The notes: generated by a model not told the origin, from the letters alone. Shown: positions 1-56,790, counted from the stretch's first letter. The stretch: 64,000 bases of DNA from Pecten maximus (GCF_902652985.1 NC_047022.1:7626001-7690000); one strand, 5' to 3'. Numbers and translations are program-made.

Positions 1-9
1 ACATGCGTT

Positions 10-185
10 AACTGTCTCCTTATAAAGACACGCCATTAAAATAGCACAAATTTGTCAATTAATGACATCTCCTTATAAAGACCTCTCATTAAATTGACAA
101 GTTAACCAATTATTGACTATTGACATCTCATAAAGACCTCCCATTAAATTAACAAGTTAACTGATTAATGACAGCGCCTTATTAA
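10..185 (+). repeat. About 50-bp degenerate tandem repeat
   Basis: ATAAAGAC..CCATTAAA repeated 3-4 times. Confidence 0.7.
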
Positions 186-2348
186 CTAATACTGAATAAA
201 TAATCTCCCATTTTAATTTTAACTAAATACAGTGACACTTAAATACAGGGATAGTTCATTTAAAGTAACTTACAATCACATTCCACTGACTTCATCAACT
301 TATAGTAATATTGCATTCCCCGAATTAGATTTATTTTAATGCATTACAATATTGCTCTTCCTGAGAATAAAGTACTTGATGATTTTTTGAAAACAATAAT
401 AAAGACATTGGACATGACGGGAGCCGAGAGAATGGTTTTATGCCTGAAGTGAAAAACTTGCCCTTTCACATTCTTCATTGCAGAAAAATATGAAATAATT
501 GTGAAAATTGCTCTCAAGATGTACAAGATTTAAAACTGAATGATATATCATAATGTTTATATATATAACTATGATTCTTGAGTGTGATAATGTATAAATA
601 AAGACTGGATCAGTCCACACCCACACACAGAATACACACATCTGCATACAGAGACACACACACTAGCATTCATACAGTAAAACGAGGGAGGGCACGGGCA
701 CTACTGAAAACCAAGCTTTGCCAACTAGGAAATAAACATCGTCATTCCAGCAACTATATAGAGAAACAAAATAACAAAAAAACTTGTGAAAAGCAAAACT
801 GTTACAAATTTCTGCTTTTACGGGATGAGGCAACATGCTGGGAGTAAAATGGTTATCTAAACTTTCACAGACATGGATGATACATCGGACAAACCTCAAA
901 GGGAGTAACTGTCAGTAGATTTATCAGGTAAGGACATTTGTTTGTTTTAGTTGATGTTGAAGTGTCCTCAGGTTGATAAAAGCCTGAGGACACTTACTAT
1001 GGAGTACAGACAAGCTTGGTTTTTAGTGATTACCCATCCAACTACTGAGAAGACCAACAAATCATATAAGAATGAAAAAAAAAATTCAAAAGATTCCTTA
1101 TGAATAGCAGCATAAGGTCATGACCAGAAACAGCGATTAATTTACTTGTAAACTATACACACTTCCCAGTTAGAGAAGCTTGTCCCATATAAATATGTAT
1201 ACAAAATATTATGGGATACATAAGTGAGCTATGACATCACAGTGAGATTTCATGTACAAATATCACGACTGACTTTATTTTAACCATACAATAAATGACA
1301 ATGAAGAGAAACACAAAGGGCGACAACTCTGGAACAAGCTTCCCTAAGGATGAAGAACTACAATTTGTTTGTTGGTTTTCTCGTTTGATAGTAAGTAAAT
1401 TGGTCATATTAACATTTTCAATATTTTCTTGACAAAAATGTTTACATTTATATTTGAAGTGTTGGACACAAAAAAATTATCCAAGTTCAAATTATAAAAA
1501 GCCTTCCCCATGTTTCCTTTGCAACATTTACAAAATTTTCATTAAAATTTTGAACCCAGGTATTGTCACTATCAATTTGTTCAAATCTGAAAAGGTTAAG
1601 CCGTCAAATTTCATAATATATAGAAAAGATTAAGAAAGCATCTGCTGTACTGAAATTACTTTAACGAAGTGTCTTCAACTTTAAATCTGTCAAAAATCAC
1701 CCCCGACTATGTGGACCCCTAGACTTCATGGGAAAAGGGCCAGCATAGATAAACAGCGCCCCAAACAGTGATGTTATTATTTTAAGGGTGCAGAAATTGG
1801 GTCACATTTACAATACACCTGAAATATCTATTTTTATCCCTGTTGAAGTCCCCAATAAGAAGCAGGATGTTTAAGTATATTCAGCACTGCTGATGATGTT
1901 GGAATATTCAGAGTTCAAAAAAACAATACTAACACATCTAATTACATCACAGGACCGTTCCTCTTTAAAAGATTCCTCATCTTTTCCTCCTCCACACAAA
2001 AACCTCCCTTTACCCATAACTGAGATTTTTTTAAATCTACCTTAAAAATTTATGCCGTCTTTCAACATTAATTTGTAATTCTATGAGATCATTTTTTCTT
2101 CTTTCGTTTTTCAAAAAAAAAATCCTTTCTACAACGAGACAGGAATTAGTTTTTAAAATTCTGAGAGTGAAGGAGGGATAAAAATCATCACAACTGTTCC
2201 TATAACAACAAACTTACAGTTACTATATATGGAAACAGGAATTTTTAAATTAGTGAGAAAAAATCTACACAAACAAGACAGTTAATTTACTACAGACTTG
2301 GAATGGAACAAGGGAGACAACTATGGGTGGCTTTGGGGTACAAACTGT

Positions 2349-44693
<42,345 letters not shown>

Positions 44694-44960
44694 TGCACCG
44701 AATGTTTTGAGTATAAATTTCACGAAAAATCACCTTCACTTCATATAAAAATCCTGTGAATGGACCCTTTACCCCAAATATATCCCAAAATGAAAGATTG
44801 GTGAAAGGAACGAAAATTCAAGCCAGAAACATGCAATTTCTAGCTTGATTTTCTTCGGTGTTCGGGCAAACCACTTCACCTCGACAAACGCTCCAAAGCA
44901 GATCACCGTGTTAGGTACAGTGGACGAATCGACTTTGTAGGGGAGGTCAGACAGAGGCTG

Positions 44961-44970
44961 CTAAAAATAG
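44961..44970. promoter_or_regulatory. MEF2 consensus site (CTAAAAATAG) in the probable SERCA proximal promoter
   Basis: Exact YTA(A/T)4TAR match about 270 nt upstream of the ATG of a muscle-enriched gene; transcription start not known. Confidence 0.55.
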
Positions 44971-46788
44971 GCTGTGCCCGCGTTGTAAAATAATGATGTA
45001 TTTGAACACATTTAGAACATATTTGTATTCTTTTAACATGGGAACTAATTCGAAATGTCCTTACAGCGAGTTTTGTTCCCTACTTAAAATATTTGAGACA
45101 CTGACGGGTAAACCGGAATAGGTTGACCCAAATGCTTTATTCACGGATAAACTAAATGTGTACTGTTTTGATTGGCTAGTATTCCTTGGTTGGATAATGT
45201 TACTTTGCCTACGTCATAGGGTAGCACCGTTATGTTACTATTTTAAGACCAGCACATGGCCATATAACAAATTTTATAACGGTACACATTGGTTAACAGC
45301 TGTTAACCTGGGTAGCGCAGTGGAAAGCATATGGCACTCTCATTCACTAGCAATAATTATATATCTCGTAGGTACAGTCTACGTGAACTGTTGAAAATAT
45401 TTGAAGAATATATTCACCACAACAACAGCAACATTTTAAGCGATTTCCCCCACATAGTTCAAGTACACATGTAGTAATGATATCTATTCAGGTAAAATAG
45501 TCATATTACTAAGAAGACTTCACAATGTAAAATAAAACATACAATTAATATTACAATGTGGCATGTAAATTTAAAAAAATGACTGAGATACAGAATAAGA
45601 ATTATAAATCTATAATAAAAGTGGGTTTTTTTTCAATCTTTAACAAACATCACAGAGAATAAAAATCTTTGAAAAAAAAGAGGGTCTAATACACTGAGAC
45701 CAACTAATTGAGCACATTTAGGCAGATTTAATCAAGTCGCGCTGGTTTGGTGTCATTTACATTGTATTACACATAAAAGTCACTAAGTGGTTTGAATGGG
45801 TTTCTTAAAATGGAAGAAAATAAAATAAAAAAATAAGAAAATCAACCTGGTTACGAGTCAGATAGCACAAAACATGATACATGTGCGTATTATATATATA
45901 TATATATATATATTAGATAATTGATCAGTCGATTCATTTCAACTTGTCTTGCATAGAAAACACTATGTACAATATATACATAATAACAATTTTTTTTTCC
46001 AACATTTACAAACTACAGTTTTATCATATAAATACAACGAGGACTTGAAAACAAGCTTAAAACACAGGCGTATGTATCTGGTTGGTACTTATAGAAAACA
46101 TACTAGCCCCTACTCCTACTATATCAACATTTTTTTCTATAACTATAAATTCTAACCAGATGAAGACGCCTGTGCTTAAAGCATATATTAATTCCTCTCC
46201 TCTGATAATCTTTTATAGGGACAGACAGCTTCTGATTTCTGATAGTGTCAAACCATGAAATATTGTTACATTATTTTTGAAAAATATCAAAATATAAAAA
46301 AAGAAAAATTTAAATTCCGACAAATCTTTGCATTACTGTTTATAGAAAGGCATGGGAAAATGAAATTTGAAAAGATTGTTCTTAAGTTGTAAAAACTTAT
46401 CTCTTGTCCAGTTGTCTTGTTCACAATATATTTAAATCAAATTAAATGATTGTAATAATAATGCGTATGATACACGGACTAGGAAATCATATTTTCGCTA
46501 TACACATGTCATCATCACTACGACTGGTTAACCAAAGTGTCTGTTGCTCTCAGATCAATAGTAATTGTCATTCAGTGGGCTTATATAGATATATGTATTA
46601 AATATAAAATGCATGAAATCAACCGCTGGAGTAGATGGGAGGAACAATTGACATTCCAATTTATCTGTAATTTCTTATTAGAACTGCCGAAATCTAGCCT
46701 TTTAATATTTAAATGAAAATGTATTGTTTACCACAATTATCAATTGTTTTTTTGTTATTTTTTTTTGTATTTGTTACCCGGTGACCTA

Positions 46789-47008
46789 GGGGCCGCGGTG
46801 GCCGAGTGGTTAAGGTGTCCCGACACTTTAACACTAGCCTTCCACCACTGGGTTGCGAGTTCGAAACCTACGTGGGGCAGTTGCCAGGTACTGACCGTAG
46901 GCCAGTGGTTTTTCTCCGGGTACTCCGGCTTTCCTCCACCTCCAAAACCTGGCACGTCCTTAAATGACCCTGGCTGTTAATAGGACGTTAAAAAAAAAAA
47001 TAAAAAAA
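46789..47008 (+). mobile_element. tRNA-derived SINE with V-domain-like core, full length
   Basis: A box TGGCCGAGTGG, B box GTTCGAAAC, core TTCTCCGGGTACTCCGGCTTTCCTCCAC, A-rich tail, imperfect TSD CCGGTRACCT. Confidence 0.9.
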
Positions 47009-48026
47009 TCCGGTAACCTTAAAAACAATATACACCAATATTTAAGACGATGCCTCGATTCTGATCCAACAGGGAATAGTCCAGTTATTCGACGAGGGTA
47101 ATGACGTCAGAATAATCGTTAGTCATACAATTCTGTCACAAATTTCTTGTTATAAGCCTATGATTGACACGTAGTCACAGAAGAATTTTTCTCCAATCGC
47201 CTGAAATCTACATTACATCATGGTTTGAAATGGTTAACCAGTATCCATTTGGAAACCTTGTGTACATCTATCTATACGTCAAGTATACGTCAAGATTTAT
47301 TTTTATATTATTGGTTATAAACAACATTACATTTTTCTCGTAAATTGTCACGTGATTTCTTGGGAGGGGGATTGTTGTATGTTGTATTCGTCGAATTTAT
47401 CTAATTTATGCCATAAATGTAAATTATATAAGGTAATATAGGATGGTTTCATTGTTATGCAGTGATATCAAAACTTTGTGTCAATCTAATCGATATTATC
47501 TTGATAGTTTCTGTATTATTACAAATTGGATTTACATCAAAATTGTATATAGAATTCCTTACCAATCCTAAAGCAGAAAAACGTCAAGAACCAAAATTGT
47601 TTTCTCATCACGCTATTGGTCTCGTGTCCCGCGGGGTGGATAATCCCAGAGTGAAAGGTTTTGTTTTCTATATGAAATATTTATTTGCTAACATTAGTGA
47701 AACACTTTCTCACCATGGTATAAAATGTGAACTAGAGATACATGCCTATTTCTTTTGTGACGTCAAAACGCATTTGACGTCATTGAATTATGACGTCATA
47801 ATTGAATAAGACGTAATTATCACAAAAGTTTTGATAGCAGTGTAGCTTTAAAATAATTTGATTTTTATTTGCAATTTTAATAACATATTAATCTTTTTTC
47901 ATTCCGAGATAAGATTACGGGTGACATATCCTTGAACACACATATTCAGAAGATTGACATGCATTAAAAATGAATCAAGTAAACGGTAGAGATTAAATAT
48001 AATATTTTATTACTGTTATTGAATCA

Positions 48027-48230
48027 GTGGCCGAGACCGAGTCCCGACAATTTATTACAAGCCCTCCACCTCTGGGTCGCGAGTTCGAAACCCACATGGG
48101 GCAGTAATGCCAGGTACTGACCGTATGCCGGGTTTTTTTCTCCGGGTACTCTGATTTTCTTCCACCCCCAAAACTAGGCACGCCCTTAAATGACCCTGAC
48201 TGTTATAGCGGGACGTTAAACAAAATAAAC
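48027..48230 (+). mobile_element. Third, more diverged copy of the same SINE family
   Basis: Colinear similarity with the 46789 copy. Confidence 0.85.
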
Positions 48231-48539
48231 CAAATGATATATGACAAATGGAAATATGAAAAAAAATGTGTACAAGTCTTTGTTGACTGTAGATGAGATG
48301 ATACACGACTTATCTAAAACAGGATGGAAATACTGCCGAAGTGCTGATAAAGTAATCAAAGAATCTTTGTGTGTATTTCCGGAAAAAAGTATACCGGAGC
48401 GCACTGTCTCAGGTTAGATTAATTTGAAGTGAGTTTTACGTGAAAACGTCACAAAATGGTGACACAGATGTGATAACGAAATCCCGGTCTTTATTTCGTC
48501 ATCAGTTACTACAGTGTTGATACTACGCATACCTATACA

Positions 48540-48550
48540 CGTGGACCAAT
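48540..48550 (-). promoter_or_regulatory. ERSE-II motif (ATTGG-N-CCACG)
   Basis: Minus strand reads ATTGGTCCACG, 3.85 kb upstream of the ATG. Confidence 0.3.
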
Positions 48551-48586
48551 GGAGTTGAATGAGTTACATTCTATAAAGTCGAACTT

Positions 48587-48656
48587 GATTGAGAGGAGTA
48601 TCACGTGACTAGATTGAGAGGAGTATCACGTGACTAGATTGAGAGGAGTATCATGT
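48587..48656 (+). repeat. 25-bp unit x3 containing TCACGTGA
   Basis: GATTGAGAGGAGTATCACGTGACTA at 48587 and 48612, partial at 48637. Confidence 0.85.
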
Positions 48657-48930
48657 AATTATATGGATTAAAACTAAACACGCGTGGAAAATAGTTCGTG
48701 CTTTTGCACACTTAAGATGACAAAGGGGTATTTAAAGTTCCCTCTAAAGCTGTACCTATCATATCTAAATATAGGTTTTGTATACGTGTAAGTTTCTGGC
48801 AACGACATGACGGGTTTGAATTACGTCATATATAATCTATCCAAGATCGAAATGTCCATGTCGCAAGGGGAGGGGTGGGGAGGGTTTGGGGAGTGGAGGG
48901 GGTTTAAGGGTTCATGAGAGTTAATGAACC

Positions 48931-49460
48931 CCTGTACTGGGTTAAGGGTTTGTACACCTGTACTGGGTTAAGGGTTTTTGTACACCTGTACTGGGTTAAG
49001 GGTTTTGTACACCTGTACTGGGTTAAGGGTTTTTGTACATCTGTACTGGGTTAAGGGTTTTTGTACACCTGTACTGGGTTAAGGGTTTTTGTACACCTGT
49101 ACTGGGTTAAGGGTTTGTACACCTGTACTGGGTTAAGGGTTTTTGTACACCTGTACTGGGTTAAGGGTTTGTACACCTGTACTGGGTTAAGGGTTTTTGT
49201 ACACCTGTACTGGGTTAAGGGTTTTGTACACCTGTACTGGGTTAAGGGTTTTTGTACACCTGTACTGGGTTAAGGGTTTTGTACACCTGTACTGGGTTAA
49301 GGGTTTTTGTACACCTGTACTGGGTTAAGGGTTTTTGTACACCTGTAATGGGTTAAGGGTTTTTGTACACCTGTACTGGGTTAAGGGTTTGTACACCTGT
49401 ACTGGGTTAAAGGTTTTTATACACCTGTACTGGAGTTAAGGGTTTTTGTACACCTGTACT
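48931..49460 (+). repeat. Minisatellite, about 26-28-bp unit GTACACCTGTACTGGGTTAAGGG(T)3-5, roughly 19-20 copies
   Basis: Directly visible. Confidence 0.95.
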
Positions 49461-50251
49461 TCGGACCAGGTGAACTAACAAGTTACAAGATTAAGGATTT
49501 TTTTTCTTAAACTTAAATGCCTTGAGAAACGAATTCATGCCCAGCTTTAAAAATAATCAAAAAATGTAATGTTTGGTACAAGAACGGGACTCCCGCACAC
49601 AGTATAAAGTTTTTAAAAAAACCATAAGATTTTGGTAATGCGCCGTTATAGTTTCAAACAGACAGAGCTTTTTGTGTTCTATAAAAAATAAGTCGGTTTC
49701 CCGTCAACATTAAAATTTGTCCTGGCCCGAAAGAAAATCAGTGCATCAAATGTATTGAAATAAGGCCAACCGTGATCTGACCAAATATCAAAATGATCTA
49801 TTATTTATTCAAAGAAGATTGGCGACTAGATTTCATTTGGGAGTGTGCTGTCGTTGTTGACAGAATTCAATACTAGGACTCGATTTCTGATATATAAAAA
49901 AAATAAATTAAACTCTCTATCGATTTTCTCTCATGCAACTTGACAAGACGGAAGATAAAACTGATATTTATTTATTCATTTCCTACACTACCGTTCCGCA
50001 TTTTATCATTGTTTGAAATGGTTAACCAGAAACCATCGATTGAGCAAACACGTAAAATATATATAACGCATTTTTACTTATTATTGGAGCGTTGACGACG
50101 AGCCCCAGTACATCGCATGCAATGAACCATTTATTTTTATTGTATTGATTCATTTTTCAGATTCTTTAACAGCGTAACCAGTTCAAAAGTTATTTTCGAA
50201 ACTGTTAACCTCACATTTTATTTTAAGCCCTGGGTCGTTAAGAATTCGATT

Positions 50252-50341
50252 GTGACCGACCCACCCACCGACCGACCCACCGACCCAACCATCGACCGAC
50301 CGACCGAACCACCCACCCACCGACCGACCCACCCACCGACT
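50252..50341 (+). repeat. (CCGA/CCCA)n microsatellite
   Basis: Directly visible. Confidence 0.9.
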
Positions 50342-51299
50342 AAACTAGTAACTATATAGCTAACCGTTATCATATTGAAGTTCATTCGACCTAACCTTAT
50401 TAACGCAAAATATGAAACAACGCATTCTGATTTTTTTTCTGTCTATATTGTATAGAAGGTAACTATCGAAATTTGGTTCCATATTATTCAATATGACAAG
50501 ACTTCAAAGGAAATATTTTACACCGAGAAAAAAAGGAGAAAAGAAAAAAAAACACAAAACGAACTGAAAGAATTCTTTTTTTCGAGGCGGAATTCCTAAA
50601 TCTCACAGAGAAAATTTAGAGACGAGCTTGTAAGTTATAAAACTTGTCCTTCATCCAGTTGTCCGTTTCAAAAATAAGATATATTTAAATCAGAGAGAAG
50701 TGATTCAATAAATTATCCTGTGCGCGATAGAACAGGGGTCTTAGATAAGGAATATGTGTGTATAATTGGCGACTGTGTGAACTGTTCCGGTCATCATAAA
50801 TATAGCACTTTTTCCTTAACGCCACTTTTTTTAATTGCAGACTTTTACCTTGCGTTTGAAGGTCTATCTTATTTCACTATATCCTATTCAGAAGTTGAAC
50901 ATGAGGCTATGACGTGCCATCGGAAACTGTCGGCAATTTCCGTAAACGGAAAATGATTGATTGCGCGTTTGTAAATATAACATACAACAAGATAATGTTT
51001 ATCAAAATAATCAGTTTATTGTTTCGAACATAGGGCCTTAGGGGTTGGGACCCCTGAGGTTCCTCCTAGTGAAAACAAAGTCTTACACTCAACCGATCGA
51101 GCTGATTTCTACATGAGAACAAACTCTAGTATTGTGGGTTACACGTGACTTCCCAAAATATAATAGATTTTTTTTTTTTATTTTGGAAGTAAACATAGCC
51201 GCCCCGGGCCCAGACAGAATAAGCCATAAAATGTTAAAACTAACAGTAAATGATATTGTATGTTGTATCCCTGTCGATTCTATTGACCGAATCTCTTAA

Positions 51300-52130
51300 T
51301 TGATGTCATTTTCCTACATCTTGGAAACTTGTTCATTTTGAACTTTACACGAAAGGAAACTCTGAGCTTCCTGAAAACTACAGACCAATTTCGTTATTGA
51401 GCTATATCGGAAAGGTTTTGTGTATAATTGCTTCGTTGACCATAGCTTGTTGTACAAATTGCAGTCTGGATTTCTCCCGAACCCCTCTAATACTTATTTG
51501 CTCTTGAAACAAAGAACTCACGGCGATTATATTGTGGGATTTTTCATAAGCTTTTGAACATTTATTGAAATAGTTTGAACAACACATCCTTGAAAGAAAA
51601 CAATCAGTTGTGATGAAAAAGTGTACTTCTTTTGAAAGAGTTCTTCAGGGTTCAGTTTTAAGGCCACTGTATTTCCGATATATAAGTAAATGATATTTCA
51701 GATACTTAATTTGCTGATGATACTGCATTAGCACATTCAACAGGAAATTTGTTATCAATGTTATCAATTTTGATTTGGAACAGCTAAAAAATTGGCTAAA
51801 AAATTAATCCACTTAAAAACCTAATCATTATTAACCTCGTATCTGACCCGACCTTATGAGCACGAATTTAACTTTAACGGAAACCCGATCCCGATAGTTA
51901 TCTCTCACAAGCATTTGGGAGTTAATATTAGTGAGGATGCTAAATGGATTGTCCATATTAACAGTATTGTAGTAAAACTAATAAATCTTTATCAACTCTT
52001 AGAAAAAAGGAAAAGTCTAGAGGAATTGTTTTTGATGTACGTTCGGCCTCTTTTGATAATTGTAACGAAGGAGACGCATGAAGCCGGCAGAATTATTACA
52101 GGTTTGTCCATTTTATATTTCGACTATATA
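51300..52130 (+). mobile_element. Decayed non-LTR retrotransposon (CR1/L2-like) reverse transcriptase fragment
   Basis: Broken frames give KGNSELPENYRPISLLS, QGSVL, FADD and HKHLGVNISEDAKW..HI. Confidence 0.8.
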
Positions 52131-53009
52131 AAGTGACGAATTGTTCCTTCAATCCCCACCCCCAACCCCCACCAAACACCCCACCCCCACCCCAACCCCC
52201 CTCGGGTACTCAAATAAATTTATCATTACAATCATCAAGAGCAGATCAATTTTGTTTGTCATTTCAGATGAAAGCTCGAAAAAAAATCTATTCTACTTTG
52301 AAATTTTGCTTTTAAATTCCTATTGCCAATTTTTCATCCGTTTCAGCATTTAGTTTGATAAATAAATGACGTCATACCGTAGTGGGAAACTCATCACGTA
52401 TCAAGTTCTAAAACTCTGAACTCTTAACTTCATTGAGCCAAACTGATTCAAATTACGTTAATGGGTATACTGTACAAAACACAATTAAAAACTGAGGACA
52501 GACACGTTAAGGTTTAATTATTTTAACTTGGCGTTCAGTCTAATTAATCTTAATTTAAACGAATTTCATGGCGTTCAAAATTTAATTAATCGAACCTCAA
52601 AAATGACGTTTTAACGATCAAGAGAACGGCCGGCGTCGTTCTCGGCACAGCCATTTTATAGCAACTCTCAACAGGATTTTGTTTTAGTTTTCAATATTTA
52701 TGAAACCAATCAATGCCAGCGTTATAAATTTGTTATCTGAAGGCTATATATGTGTCTGTAAAAGCATGACAAGCTTACCGTGTCAAATATGAGAATGTTT
52801 CTATCATAGTTAAATATACATCATGATAAAAAATAAATAAATAAATAAAAATACAAATGAATATTTATTTTATTTCAGAATAGTTATTGTGAGTAGCAAT
52901 TTGATGTCATTTACTTAATAGAACGACAATTAAAATGAATTTGTACAAGTTATTGATAAAATATACAATTACATGTAATATGTTATCGACTGATTTTAAT
53001 CACCTTTGT

Positions 53010-53125
53010 GATGGAAACGCGCGTGGGGGTCTTACTGTGGGGAGAAACCAGAGTGTGGGCTAAAACCAACGTGATCAGGCAGGTGACTCCGTACCTTTTT
53101 CTCGTCCGATTGAGGATTCGAACCC
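53010..53125 (-). mobile_element. Degenerate SINE fragment
   Basis: B-box-like GGTTCGAATCC and V-like ACTCTGGTTTCTCC on the minus strand. Confidence 0.5.
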
Positions 53126-54585
53126 AAAGCAAACCATTCTTTCCGTATTTTGAGAGTTTTTTTCTTGTATTCGTCAATTTAAAACAAATTTAAAAGTAAA
53201 TATGACTGTGTGAATTTTACTGTTTATCACCAAATAACGACAATTGTAACATTAATCTTTCAGGCACGAAGATGAAACACCTTACTATGACAGTCTGAAG
53301 CGAAACATCAACTGGCACGTGTTCCGTGTTTAATATGTGAAATATGTCACATGGAGGCTTTGACTAAATTCAAGGCCTAGAATTAAACTAGACTTCCAAT
53401 GGAGTAATACTCGGTAGAGAGATATGTACAATATCATAGAGGGACTCGGAAACCGATGGCAATGGAGTCAGTAAGATAAACCTCAAATTGGACTGAGACC
53501 ACAATTAGCTGCGCTATATGTTTCATTGTGACATTAAAATTCATAATACATTCCCAAAATCTCATATACATCTTTCTATCTCACCTGGCCAAGACCAACA
53601 TCTGAGAAACAAAATATAAAAGTTTCAACACAGTATGTTGGGCATTATCTGGAGATAGCTGTCAACATGTGTCACCAACGGGGATTATATACATCCGGGT
53701 CAAGGGTAGAGGTCAAATCAGGACTCTTCACATAGGATAATGGAGCACAAAATACATTATCTATATCAATATATTACACTATATTGACATATCTACAATA
53801 AATCCACATTAAATTCAAAGACAAAAATCAAGTTCAAAGAGGCATTTGATTTATTTTCCTGAAATACATACATTTTAAGGAACTGTATTCGTGGGGCCTG
53901 AACCCGGAACAGGGCCCGGAAATGCTTAATTGTGGTCGCAGTCCATTTGCTTCAGAAATGGATTTGGTAGACTGGGTTACCTGTCGTAGTACCATTTCTT
54001 TCCGATAGGTTGCGCTCATAGATACTACTTTCGTTGATAAAGGAAGGAACTAGGTTAACATGTCTATCATTTAGAAGCGAAGCCTGGCGGAGAGAAGAAG
54101 AAATCAAACAAATAAACAAACAAAACTACGGTAGGCAATCCAGTAATTAGTTTTTGGGATGATAAGTAGGGCGTCATGTTTTACTGGGTTAGACACCCTG
54201 GACATATCCAAGGTCATATGAATTAAGATGGTTGTCAAGGTGATACCAGAAGAGGAAAGTCCCGAAAGAAAGAACAGACACATATTATAGGTGTTGTAAA
54301 GGGACTCGCAGGTTAATTCGGGTCTCTTTGAAGTCCCGAAGTAGGCCTTATTTACGGACTCCCAAATGTAAAAAAAAAAACAAGTATTACGTCACACTTG
54401 CATTAGCTCGATCGGAACCCCTCGTCAATTTCAACCATTTCTATTATTTACTACTGCTAGTCTAGGCAGGATGTTCCGATGGGCATTAGTTACAAGGGTC
54501 ATTCACAAAACGGCTGCCAGCTACTGTCTGGACAGTAGCCATATGAAATATGGAACTACTGGAAAACATGGCTTGATTTTGGATT

Positions 54586-54962
54586 CATTTGTAAGGGACG
54601 ACCCTTCCTTGTGTGGAGATGAAATGTTTTAGTGTGTGTTAGTGTTTGTCCGCTTGTGTGGAACTGATACCGATTTAAAGTGCTACCTCACTGAAGCATA
54701 CTGCCGAAGACACCCAACAGGACACTCCACCCGGTCACATTATACCGACAACAGGCGAACCTTTCGTCCCGCTCCGAAAATTCTTAGCTGTAAAACTACC
54801 ATTTTTAGAGTCTCTGGTATGTTTCGATACAATCCATCGCTTTCGAACGCTCAACAAAAGGCCAAAAGTGAGACAGTGTCGAGGGAGACATCAGGAAGAA
54901 AATCTGTGATCCGAAATTTAGTCGCCTCTTACAAAACAGCAGACCTACATGCAGGGCAACTG
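54586..54962 (-). mobile_element. SINE of a second family (Meta-domain-like), diverged
   Basis: Shares AGTGCTACCTCACTGAA...CATTATAC...AACTACCATTT...TTTAGTCGCCTCTTAC with the 56791 copy. Confidence 0.7.
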
Positions 54963-56790
54963 AGAACAATGGGTGAAGAGACACAATTGAACAATAAGTT
55001 TGGTTGGTGCCAGGTAGGAAGAGTAAGGAGCCGAAATTCAAGGTCATGACGTCACTTCCTGTCTCGTTATTCATGTTACGTAATTTCGTCGATATGGCTT
55101 CCTGCACCACATGCGGCCCTAACGAGATAATCATGCATCCTGCTCTCCCCAGGTGTGGCGTTAACGATATATACCTTTAACTATTGGTGTTTGCCGTGTT
55201 CATTTGCTACTAAATACATCCAGTGTCTGACATTCGTTGAATACTTGAACACGACTTAAGGCGCGCGTGAGACTTCCGTCTGTAAAACTGAGAGTATTTG
55301 TCCACTTGAGCGTTTCCAGATGTGTTTATGATCTGTTCCTTTTGTTTAAGTAGCCCAGGGATCTATTTATAGCACGATTCACTTTGTACACGAGGACCAG
55401 TTCTAAAGAAGTATGCATATTGAGAAGGATATTTTTGGGGATTACGTAGAAAGTGAGAAATAAAATATCAACCTCTTGGATATACGCCAATTCTATTGTT
55501 TTTTCGATTGAAGGAAAACGCGCACTTTAGAGATACATTATTACCAATATGACGCCCGCTTTGCAAACAGTCTATATCTAATAATCTTTTATCTCAGAAA
55601 ATGCAATAATTTTGTGTTATCTGCATGCTTTCTATATTTTCTAATAAATTAATTCAGTCGTCCGTTCGCTCACTCGTTCGTTCGTCATTTCTTCCATTTA
55701 TCATATTCTACTCACGCTATCGTTTATCATTCTTCTTCATCGCGCGTTCATTGGTTAATTCATATATTGTTACTTTCGTTCACACGTTCATGAACCCGTC
55801 TTTATTCCTTTATTATGTATCCCTTAGATGTGACGTCAGCAGTTTATATGATGTTTCGTTATAGATTGATGAATAATTATATACAGGTTCCGCAGCAGTA
55901 CGGGGTTGGGGTTTAATTGTAAACAAAAGACCCGAAACTATCTTGCATTCTGGGCACGTGAAACTCTATCTATCAAGTACCAAGACCGGCGATTAACAAA
56001 GAAAAAGATTAGGTTCACCGGGACAACAACGTCTGTGATGTTGGGTATGTCAATGTCATATAGATAGCTTCAATAAATCCCGTGTTATGCTAGCGCTTCC
56101 AATTTCAAAGAAGGTTTCCAACAACGTTTTACTGAGAGCTAGGGCAAACAAAAAAAAAAACCCTAATAACCACGACACCCTTGTCCGCCTTTTTTGTTCC
56201 AGATAACAGAGTCTTGTTCTAATGACGTCACTGCGCCACGCGCACGGCTCTTTCACCGTTGACACAAACACCCTTCTGACGTAATCATGTTCTTGGTGCA
56301 TACTAATAAACAGGGCGGTTTGATATCCGGATTTACGTCTCAGTTACAGAAGTTGATTCTGCAATAGATGGTTCACTATCATCCAAGCCCTAATATAACC
56401 TTTAGTACAAATCATGAATATCGCGTGCATTTTTTTCCAAGATTGTATACACGGCGACTTACCCAAAGATAAAGCACGAGCGCGCGTACACGAACTCAAC
56501 CTAAACATTTATAAGACCCAGACGAGTGTTTGGTGATGCTGCACAGAGGGCATAATGTAATCGTAGAGGTGTTCGTAAGTCTATTAATATGCAATATACG
56601 TTCGGTATGTTTTTGCTCATTTTGTTTAATCTCGTTCCTTTCAAAATTTTGACGTGTTTATACACCGAACTTGACGTTTAGATAGCGACCGACTGTAAAT
56701 GAACTTAGCGTAATCTGATAACAGAAACATAGAGTAATTATTCGAAAGCATTTTTGAAAACAAGTACCAAGGATATGTTGATTCGATCAA

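Noticed and set aside
600-1660. Candidate short-isoform terminal exons (AG near 643 giving DVCILCVGVD*; AG near 1650 giving VQQMLS*)
   Set aside because: Cannot be told from chance AGs without cDNA; the real exon may be outside the window.
46789-46875. tRNA gene
   Set aside because: A and B boxes belong to a SINE head that continues into a core and tail and is present in several copies.
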